From positions 186,001 to 250,000 of the forward strand of contig NC_092680.1 of the NCBI RefSeq assembly GCF_964355755.1: a stretch of DNA of 64,000 nt, read 5' to 3'. Within the stretch, counting starts at the first letter, position 1; each line of letters begins with the position of its first letter. Of the stretch, positions 1 to 10,210 are shown one piece after another. The position numbers and the translations under genes are program-made. This DNA comes from Antedon mediterranea (lineage: Eukaryota; Animalia; Echinodermata). The notes under the pieces were generated by a model. It was not told where the DNA came from. It was given only the letters and a program-made list of their open reading frames with translations, and searched no databases.

Positions 1-3000
1 CTTAAAGAGAATATCAGGGTGAGAAGAGCTGGATTTGCTTACAGAAGAGAATTTGATAAGTTCTTAAGGAGGTAAATATAGGGGGAGTTTTAGTGATTTT
101 AAACATAGAAAATTCACTTATGAAATGCAGTGGAACCTATTAAAGGGACACCTTTGGCAATACAAAACATCTGTTGCCATAGGGTTGTCTCACTGCAGGA
201 AGGGAAGGAGTAGCTTTTATATGTAAGATTAGTAACATTCATTAAATTCTTTCTAGATATGCTATTTTGACACCAGAAACTTGGCCAAAATGGAAAGGTG
301 ATGTAAAGAGTGGTATAAAGCATCTGATGGATGCAGTCAGCATGGAATCAGACCAATGGCAACTTGGAAGGTCAAAGGTCTTTATCAAGAACCCAGAATC
401 TGTAAGCATCCAAGTTTCTAACATTTTGAAATAAAAAATGTGATGGGGACATGATATCACATCATATATAATGTAACAAGCAAAGATGTGTAGGTAGAAA
501 AATTGGTAAAATGGTTGATTTGTTATGTATATATACAATTCTTTCCATTTTTTTTTAGCTGTTTCTGCTGGAAGAACAACGAGAAAGAAAGTTTGATGGA
601 TATGCTCGTATAATTCAGAAAGGATTCCGTAAATTTAATGCTAACAAACATTTTGATCGACTCAAGAAACAGGGTAGGTAGTAAGCAAACTTTATAAACT
701 AAACTATATATTTGATATTTCTATTATGAATGAAATATTGTGGTATAATGATTGAACCACTAATGTTTAGTAATTCAAAATCAAGAATAATAAATTTTAC
801 AAATAAAAAATTATTATTTTAATATTCTTTAGCAAGCGACATTCTGTATAAAAAGAAAGAACGTCGCAAATTCAGCCTCAACAGGAATTTTGCTGGTGAC
901 TACATTGGTCTTGATCATGCCCCCAACTTGCGTATTTTTGTACCAAAACGTGAGAGAGTTGAATTTGCACACACTGTAACCAAATATGATAGAAGGTTTA
1001 AGGTAAAGCATGAACAATTGTATTGAGACATTTTACTTTAACTTTACATTAATTATGAAAAACTTATCCATATAACCTTGTTTGATTCAATTAATTTGTT
1101 TATTCTTTATAATGACCAATACTTTCCGTACAGTAGTTCGCGTCAAATGGACTTTCATGTTTTTGTAGGCCTAGCTGGTAAACAGTGGTAACGTACGGAC
1201 ATCTATAGGCCTAGCCTGGTGTTGTCTAGTTGCTGCTTTTTTTGGCAGATTGTAGCCCGGTATACTACATGTTATATTTTACATTTCACTAGGCAACCAA
1301 GAGAAACCTGTTGCTATCCAATAAATGCATCTATCTGATTGGACGAGAAAAGGTGAAGCAAGGTCCTGAAAAGGGTATAATTAAGGATGTCTGTAAACGC
1401 AAGATTCCCATTGATATGTTGGACTCTGTCTCACTCAGGTATTGAATGCACTCTTCTCTTGTTTCATATAACACTTTAAAAAAAATAATTGTCTCACTTC
1501 CTAGGAAATCAAGACCCAACACTTGATTTCAATCTTTATAATTAATGTAAGAAACACTCTATTTCACAACTTGAAGGTGTTTTTTGTTTTTCCAAGAAAA
1601 TGTGTAATTCTAGGAGTACCTTTAGATGTAAAATTTTCTTAAGAGACAGAGGCATACATATTCAGGATAAGAAATTCCTCTTATAATAATGATTATTATC
1701 CTCTGTTTCAGTACTCTAAAGGATGACTTCTTTGTGTTAAACGTAACAAATGATTATGCAACATTACTAGAATCAATGTTCAAGACGGAATTTTTAACAG
1801 TACTCGACAAAAAATCCAAGGAGCTTTTAGGAAGAGAAATGTTGATAAAATTCAATGATAGGTGAGTGCTAATTAACAATGTTAGAAGGTGATATAAAGA
1901 AGGAAGTGCTTTGTATTATTGAGACATGTAGAAGGTGATATCAAGAAGGAAGTGCTTTACACTATAAAGAATGTAAAAGTTTTACTAATTCTACTAATAA
2001 TTTTAATCTAATAAAAATTGGGTTGTTTCTAAATGTGCTGTCTATCAAACATATAATGGCTTAATGAGATACAGGGCTTAATTATGTGGCTATTTGTACA
2101 GAATTAATGAGAGAAAATGACACAGAAAATCATGATATTTCATATTTACTTTAGTGGTGAGTGTGTATATTCAACTTATATATATATTTCTTGTAGTATT
2201 GACTTTGCAGTCAAGAAAGAAGGATGGGGAGGTGGCGGAGTAAGAAGTCTTCGTTTTGGAGTTGGTACTGGAGAAGAGGCAGTTCTGAAACCAAGTGGCA
2301 AGGTTTTGCGAGTTGATATTGGACCAGGATTACCTAGGGAAAGTAGTAAGTTTGCCCTGGTTATTAAAATAGTGCCAGCTATCTTCCTCATAGATACTGC
2401 TAAATGATTATTTTTATTTTCTAAATTATTACACTGATTATTATTGCATAGAGTAGTCAGCTACCAGTGTAAGTAAGTACACATACAGTAGGCTTACAGT
2501 TTTAAAGTTCTATTCTCCCATTATATCATCATCGATTTGACAATCTCATTAAGGTGCATGTTACAAAGTAAGAATAAGAAGAGTAGTGTGTAAATTGTTT
2601 ATGAAGGATTTCTTTAAAACGTTGTATTGCTCTTAATAGTATGTAATTGTTTTCAGGGCCTGGACAAAGACAGATCCAACTTACCCCTCAAGAAAAACAA
2701 ATGGCTGGCAGAAGACAAGGAGGAGGTCACCACGGTGGGGGACAGCATGGCGGAGGTCAACGTAGTGGGGGACACCATGGCGGAGGTCAACGTGGTGGAG
2801 GACAACGCATGCAACACCAACCAAGTATACCATCATATGCATCTGTGCCTAGAAGAAGTGCCCCAAATGCACCCCAATCAGGCCAGTCTCGTAACTCATG
2901 TAAGTTAAGATATTTTTGTTAGCTTTCCAATTGTATCAAATTTAACTTATTACTTATTAATTAAAAATGTATTAATGGTTGTTTTTTAACCTTTTCCAGC

Positions 3001-4102
3001 CCGACGTAGAAGCTCTGCAAATACACCATCTCTACCGCGTACTGGTGCACAAAATCTTGCCAAAAAAATTGCAAATGGTTCATTAGGGAACCAGGCCTTC
3101 CTTCAGACGCCCTCATCAGGACAAACAGGGTGAGTAATGTATTCTTTGTGATTATTGATTGTATGATCATGTTATGATTAGAATTTTACTGAATGACTAG
3201 AAGAAGCTTTGTATATTACTGTCCTTTTATACTATCAACTCAGAAAGAAAACTTTGTTTGTAGAAATTAGGTTAAATTGATCAAGATTATGATGTGTTGA
3301 ATTTTCTGGTGACTGTGGAAAAGAGGAATTATTCTGTCAGATTATTTAAGTTTTTCAAATAAAAAAACATTTAATATTGTTTTTAAAAAATAATTCTGTT
3401 TATTAATTAATAACTTGTCACTATAGGCGAATGAGGAATTCAATTACAAAGCCTAGCAGCAGGCCACCACCAGCACGTGGACAACCAAGGCCTACAAGAG
3501 CTCCTAAGCCATCTTATCCAAAATGCAGAGCTCTCTATGCTTACGATGCACAAGATACTGATGAGCTCAGCTTCAACACGGGAGATGTTTTCTCAATTAT
3601 TAAAGAAGGTAACTTAATACTTTATGGTAATTGTTAATTACTTAGTCAGGGATTTAAGTAAGTCAGTCTGGCCTACTTTATTTTTAATTATATGTAACTT
3701 CAGTCTATTTTGTGAGATCCCTACCAGTATAGACACTGCAAATATTCCATTCCAATATTGATACCTATCAAAAGTAAAATGGAAAAGTCTAGGCACCATA
3801 GTGAGTATGAACCTGTCACACATGACATTGTCCCATATTTCTTTCACATTTGTAGGTTCTATACAGGCAGGTATAGACTACCAACACCATCTTTGGATTG
3901 TGTATACTGTATTATAAAATGTTGGTGTCGGACACAATGTTTTATGAAATAAATTAAATAACTATTCTAATTTTGTCTTACACGAACAATGTTGTGCACA
4001 ATAATTGTTTTTCTTCCGTTCACAGAAGAATCTGGTTGGTGGAAAGGAAAGTTCAACGGCAGGGAAGGGTTGTTTCCCTCAAATTATATTGAAAAGATGT
4101 GA
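1..4102 (+). CDS. MYO1E: Unconventional myosin I, long-tailed (myosin-Ie/If-like), 3' part; 5' end lies outside the window
   Basis: Frame-consistent GT-AG exons <1-71, 257-401, 559-673, 833-1002, 1293-1438, 1712-1861, 2197-2345, 2657-2899, 3000-3129, 3427-3608, 4026-4102 (TGA). Translation gives [27 protein letters not shown]...[35 protein letters not shown] (converter/IQ), [17 protein letters not shown] and VTKYDRRFK (TH1), a G/H/Q/P-rich TH2, and SH3 [18 protein letters not shown]...SGWWKG...[11 protein letters not shown]. These match my recollection of vertebrate MYO1E. Confidence 0.96.
1130..1262. mobile_element. Fragment of the repeat family seen at 21105-21735 (internal region)
   Basis: TTTTGTAGGCCTAGCTGGTAAACA-TGGTAACGTACG..CCTAGCCTG..TTGT.TAGTTGCTGC at ~1161-1238 aligns with ~21309-21400. 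Confidence 0.6.
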
Positions 4103-5075
4103 AGAAACAAATTAAGATTTAATACTTCAAGTAAGCTAAAGAAATAGTCTTGTTTGGGTGTGTAGGGATGGGAATATATGCTATTTGAGACTACATACAT
4201 ACATAGTATCTTATTAGCTACAAATTTTTACCAGTACTGAAAAAGGGTTTTACTTTACTAATAGCAAATTTTAGATTGTCTTCTCCTAGAGCAGGACTAT
4301 CAGGGTGTGGGTAGAGAATACAAGCTATAGCCCCTTGGACCCCTAAATAGTGAATATTGAATTATATAAAAGACAAAAGATTATTTAGATTTATGTTCAT
4401 TTAAGAAATAGGGATATGAAATATATATCTTAAATTTAGATAAAGAAGATAATAATACTAATAAGGCGACTGGACCGGGAGACATTGTGTACATGATTTA
4501 ACTTGATAAGTATCGTAGTGCAGTGTGAGTTTATACATCTATATAGTTATTTTTTATGAATTTATACATCTATATAGTATTTAATACATGGAAATGCATC
4601 TAGACCGACACTTGGATGGATGCATTTTTGGTATATGAAACTTTTCTAGCTTCACTACCACAGTAAGATTAAAATATAGACAAAATTATATATATATAGA
4701 TTTCTCAATGATTTTTATGGTGAAAATATTTAATAGATCTATTTGGAAAGCTTGTGCAATTAGCATGGGTTTTCTGGTTTCGTTTTTCCAGAGCTTTACA
4801 ACTATATAATATAGAGCATCTCTATGTATAGATTTAAAGATTATATTATAGATTTTAAGCGTGCAAAGACTTTCTATATTGAATCCTACTGTTAAGTACT
4901 AAATATATTGTTAGATTCCTGTTAAATTGTTTTATAACTTTTTCATGTTGAACATTTTTCTTTTGTATATAAAGCTTACTATTTAGAGTTTAAGTGCATA
5001 TAGTGATCAGTGTCAATAGATTGGCTGGCTGTAATTCTACCCAAGTATTCTGGGATAGAAAGCTAAATACCTATA

Positions 5076-5260
5076 CAGCAGAACCTCTATTGAGGAGACA
5101 CCTTCAGGATCTAACAAACTGCCCCCTTTATAGGGGTGTTCCCTGAATAGGGGTGTCCCCTGAATAGGGGTTGGTTGGATTATTGTTAAAACATATAATT
5201 TCCCTCGTTCATGTTATAGTGGCCCCTGAATAGGTGGGTATCAAAGTAGGGCTTCCACTG
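5076..5260. mobile_element. Short TA-flanked MITE (Tc1/mariner/pogo-type ends)
   Basis: TA|CAGCAGAACCTC at the left and GGGCTTCCACTG|TA at the right (reverse complement CAGTGGAAGCCC) form imperfect TIRs with a TA duplication. Internal GGGGTGTCCCCTGAATAG subrepeats. Confidence 0.6.
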
Positions 5261-6722
5261 TAGTGGTTGTTACTGCAACTTGTGTCCCTCGTTCATGTTA
5301 TAGTGGCCCCTGAATAGGTGGGTATCAAAGTAGGGCTTCCACTGTAGTGGTTGTTACTGCAACTTGTGTCCTTCGTTCATGTTATAGTGGCCCCTGAATA
5401 GGTGGGTATCAAAGTAGGGGCTTCCACTGTAGTGGTTGTTACTGCAACTTGTGTCCTTCGTTCATGTTATAGTGGCCCCTGAATAGGTGGGCATCAAAGT
5501 AGGGGCTTCCACTGTAGTGGTTGTTACTGCAACTTGTGTCCCTCGTTCATGTTATAGTGGCCACTGAATAGGTGGGTATCAAAGTAGGGGCTTCCACTGT
5601 AGTGGTTGTTACTGCAACTTGTGTCCCTCGTTCATGTTATAGTGGCCCCTGAATAGGTGGGTATCAAAGTAGGGGCTTCCACTGTAGTGGTTGTTACTGC
5701 AACTTGTGTCCCTCGTTCATGTTATAGTGGCCCCTGAATAGGTGGGCATCAAAGTAGTGGCTTCCACTGTAGTGGTTGTTACTGCAACTTGTGTCCCTCG
5801 TTCATGTTATAGTGGCCCCTGAATAGGTGGGTATCAAAGTAGGGCTTCCACTGTAGTGGTTGTTACTGCAACTTGTGTCCTTCGTTCATGTTATAGTGGC
5901 CCCTGAATAGGTGGGCATCAAAGTAGGGGCTTCCACTGTAGTGGTTGTTACTGCAACTTGTGTCCCTCGTTCATGTTATAGTGGCCCCTGAATAGGTGGG
6001 CATCAAAGTAGGGCTTCCACTGTAGTGGTTGTTACTGCAACTTGTGTCCCTCGTTCATGTTATAGTGGCCACTGAATAGGTGGGTATCAAAGTAGGGGCT
6101 TCCACTGTAGTGGTTGTTACTGCAACTTGTGTCCCTCGTTCATGTTATAGTGGCCACTGAATAGGTGGGTATCAAAGTAGGGGCTTCCACTGTAGTGGTT
6201 GTTACTGCAACTTGTGTCCCTCGTTCATGTTATAGTGGCCCCTGAATAGGTGGGTATCAAAGTAGGGCTTCCACTGTAGTGGTTACTGCAACTTGTGTCC
6301 CTCGTTCATGTTATAGTGGCCCCTGAATAGGTGGGTATCAAAGTAGGGGCTTCCACTGTAGTGGTTGTTACTGCAACTTGTGTCCCTCGTTCATGTTATA
6401 GTGGCCCCTGAATAAATGGGTATCAAAGTAGTGGCTTCCACTGTAGTGGTTGTTACTGCAACTTGTGTCCCTCGTTCATGTTATAGTGGCCCCTGAATAG
6501 GTGGGTATCAAAGTAGGGGCTTCCACTGTAGTGGTTGTTACTGCAACTTGTGTCCCTCGTTCATGTTATAGTGGCCCCTGAATAGGTGGGTATCAAAGTA
6601 GGGGCTTCCACTGTAGTGGTTGTTACTGCAACTTGTGTCCCTCGTTCATGTTATAGTGGCCCCTGAATTGGTGGGTATCAAAGTAGGGCTTCCACTGCAG
6701 TGGTTGTTACTGTAACTTGTGT
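5203..6722. repeat. Tandem repeat, ~84-85-bp unit, ~18 copies
   Basis: Unit CCTCGTTCATGTTATAGTGGCCCCTGAATAGGTGGGTATCAAAGTAGGGGCTTCCACTGTAGTGGTTGTTACTGCAACTTGTGTC repeated head-to-tail with few substitutions. Confidence 0.98.
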
Positions 6723-6907
6723 ACTGTACTGTACACTATTACCCTCAAACAAGAATCAAAGTAAAAAATGATAAATATCGACGGATCTATATTTTTCTAA
6801 TGCTTTATAGATTTCAACTTAATAATTTATAAACTTTTGTAAAACTAAAACTTGTATTTTTTTATGCTCTACTCAACTTTCTTGGTCTTTTTGTACTTAA
6901 AATGATG

Positions 6908-6913
6908 AATAAA
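6908..6913 (+). terminator. Candidate polyadenylation signal of the myosin gene
   Basis: AATAAA followed by T-rich sequence, before the convergent gene. Position only; not verified. Confidence 0.3.
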
Positions 6914-7157
6914 TGGAATTGTGCCTCGGAAAATGTTATTTTCTTCTACATTTTTGTTTTTTAATCTTCTAGTCCATTTATTTATTTAGGTATTATGGAG
7001 CCTGAGAAGAGCATAGAAATAACTCACATCAATGTTGTCTCGACGTACTTATTAATTAGTGATCAACATATATTGAAACAAATAAATGGGAACAAATACA
7101 CATCATAGATTTAATATGGAATGAAAAAAAAACAGTAAACAGAGATTATTGGAAATA

Positions 7158-7163
7158 TTTTAT
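7158..7163 (-). terminator. Candidate polyadenylation signal of the Kelch gene
   Basis: TTTATT on + (AATAAA on -) about 170 nt downstream of the TAA at 7332. Confidence 0.3.
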
Positions 7164-7331
7164 TAATCTATTCTGTACAAATATGATATAAAGACATTAT
7201 GACTGTAAAGGCAATATTTAATTTCTTATAACCAAAAATGACACTGTCTGACTGACAGTCCAAATCATGAACAATAGAATTCTGCCTATCTAGTAATTGG
7301 ATTTACATCATTATTGAATTCAATTGTTTTA

Positions 7332-9923
7332 TTAAACTTCATTGTTAGTATCTTCATCAACTTTAACTGCATTCTCCTTCATCATCACTTGTGATTCTGA
7401 TTCTTGTACATTATCAACCGTCTTATTGTTTTCTTTTTCCTCTTCTTTTGGTATTGCTCCTCCAGAAAGAATATCGGCTATATCAAAAAGAAACTGACAT
7501 TAAACTATACTCCTAGGATTCTTGTAATTTAATTACCAAATTTCTCTACTTCTGTGAATGCTTTGGAATATGAAATCAATTTTACCAAAAAGTGGCAGCA
7601 CCCTCATTGGCATATAATGCTAAATGAAATGGTTGCACTTACCAGTATTTAAGATGCATACGTCTGAATGGTATTTTGTGCATTGCATTATCTTTGTGTC
7701 AAATTCAGAAGTACCGCCAAACATTAGCACAGAATCACCAGCATTGGTCAATGTGTGCGATCCTCGTGGCTCTGGTAAACTGCCTTTGTTGCTAGGCTGC
7801 AGCCATTCCATTGTTTCTGTGAGAATAGATAAAAGCAATAATTGAGGTAATGATTCAACTAGACATTTATCTTGCACAAGGATGATTGATTGGAATTTCT
7901 ACAGATTTCAACCAACCTGTATTCAATATATGACAATCATTAAAATGTTGGTTGTCTTCACCACGTCCACCGATTACCACAATCCTTTTTCCAACAGATA
8001 CCATTCCATGGAATGAACGTGCCACTGGAGGTGTCCCCTGTGTATTTACTTGCAACCATTTCTTTTCAGCTGTGTATATAAAGATTCAAGAATAATTTGA
8101 GTATACTATATATATACATTAACTTTTGAAAATTATTTACCGTACATTTTTTTTAAAGTAATATGTTGCTTGATTTGGCACCGAATGAAATCATCAATAT
8201 ATTAAGAATAAAACATAAATTATATAAATGATACTTACTTGTATTAAGAATATAAAGATCATTTCTCCGGGATTTGCTGTCCCTTCCACCAAAAATGATG
8301 ATTTTGTCTCCAACAGAGCACATGGTATGAGCAGCCCGAGGCGATGGTGCATGAAGTTTGATAGGTGTAATTAATTCCCATTTGTTTTCCTCTGTTTTCG
8401 ATCCAAAAATAAATGGTATAAGTATGTTACAATGATGATTTATATATATATTACATTTCGGCTGTTACTAAAATAAGATTGAAATATGGTGTTAAGTTGA
8501 AGGCCCTCTAACTACCATACAACATACCTTATTCAGAACATTACACTTTGTCATTTGCCCTACTCTGACGTAATTGTACTTTACACTAAGTACATTTGAG
8601 AATACTTCCATCGTCCCTGATGCAGAGCTTCTTCAAAGTAATTATTAAATTATCCTGTTGATACATTACCCGCTGCTTCCATGGACTCAAATCTAACCCT
8701 AGCCATCAGCAGGCTTCATAGTCTAGGGGATGAATGCCAGGCTAGTAAATCCTAAGAATTATTTGAAAAGTATTCTCAAATGTTCTTGTATAATATTCTT
8801 ATACAATGTACAATTATGTCAGATTTGGGCAAATAACTGACCAAATTCAACATGTTGAAATCAGGATTTACCAGTGTCAAATGTATAAACGTCATCAAAC
8901 CAGCCAAAGTTTGCACTAGGACCTCTAGCCTCCTCATCTTCCATATCTTCCCAATCATCATCATCTTGGGAACCTTGCGACAAGGAGTCATCCATAGAAT
9001 GAGGACCAAACCCACCAAAGAAATAAATAATTTTATTGATGGCAACAGAGGACAATTTGTCTCTGGAGCTTGGTGCTGGTCCACATGCATCCGTAATTCT
9101 GCTCCAGGTTTCGGTTTCTAGAATATGCAAAATGATTTATTTGTAAATACTGATTCATCTTGTTTTATCTATTTTATTTTTTTACTTTTTCTAACTCAAA
9201 ACAACATATCTATAAACAATGGTACATACACTGTATTCTGCACATAAATAAATACTTGTCTCTGAATTTCTTAAAAGTGACTTACTTATGTCAAATACAT
9301 TAAGATCATCAAACCATCCAACATTTTGACTTAGTCCGCCAAACAGGTACAGCTTATTTTCAACAGATACCATAGTTGAACCTGATCGAGGTTTAGGTAT
9401 TTCCCCTTTAACATCAATTTTTCTCCACTTTCTGGCATCTGTGATGTGAATAATTAATAACATTTAAAAAAAAATTAATTAATTAAAATTATTTAACCTG
9501 ACACGCTTTACATAAACTTATAAACAATTATTCAAAATATTTATTATTTTAAACATGGATGTAAAACTAACGTGTATGTATTCTCACATTTTTATTAAAA
9601 ATAATTTAAATTTTGATATTGTTGTACAGTATAATAATTAATATTAAATGTATACCCTAGGCTAGGCCTATAGTATACTTACCAATATTGAATTCAAAAA
9701 GATCGTTTGATTCAATAGGCGTGTCTGCAGATGAACCAAGCACACCACCAAACACATATATTTGAGATTCGATTGAACAGGCTGAGTGACCGTCTCTGGA
9801 CGAACAGCAAACCTTATCGTCGTGGCCTAGGCCTAGGCCTAGCAGCAGAGTCCAATCAATATTCACCGTGTTTGGAATTGCCACACTTTGAGACTGTGCT
9901 TGAATAGACCCTTCGTTTCCCAT
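7332..9923 (-). CDS. Kelch-repeat (six-bladed beta-propeller) protein, KLHDC/RABEPK-like, ~421 aa
   Basis: Exons (minus) 9923-9683, 9438-9286, 9117-8872, 8391-8239, 8069-7917, 7816-7643, 7477-7332 total 1266 nt, in frame, all GT-AG. Six Kelch motifs: SRDGHSAC..IYVFGG, PRSGSTMV..LYLFGG, SRDKLSSV..IYFFGG, PRAAHTMC..IIIFGG, ARSFHGMV..IVVIGG, PRGSHTLT..VLMFGG. Acidic C-terminal tail. Exact orthology not determined. Confidence 0.93.
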
Positions 9924-10210
9924 GTTTAATTTAAAAGTGAAATTTATGGTGGAATATTATAATTATGTAGGCGCCTCTCCTTTCCCTACTAGCTACTAAA
10001 ATAAAGGAAATGCAAATTTCCCGCGAACTTTTAACGCGATTATAACAATAACAAATATAACCTTTGACCAGTCACGTGGTACGTGACGTCCACGGGTACA
10101 CTTTTTTTATACACCAACAAAATTTAATCCCTTTTTTTATCGAGAGGAGAGAGAGGACTAAAAAACTAAATGGCGGATAATAATTATTGACCATTGTACC
10201 AAGCATCATA
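9924..10210. promoter_or_regulatory. Bidirectional promoter region between the Kelch gene and the RhoGEF gene
   Basis: Divergent ATGs at 9923 (-) and 10211 (+), locally CpG-rich. E2F-like TTTCCCGC 10017-10024, E-box/CLEAR-like GTCACGTG 10071-10078, CRE-like TGACGTC ~10084-10090, YY1-like AAATGGCGG 10168-10176. Confidence 0.6.

Noticed and set aside
5203-6722. CRISPR-like regular repeat array (also 30575-31682, 43774-44535, 55923-56727)
   Set aside because: Units are contiguous with no unique spacers, there are no cas genes, and the context is eukaryotic introns/UTR.
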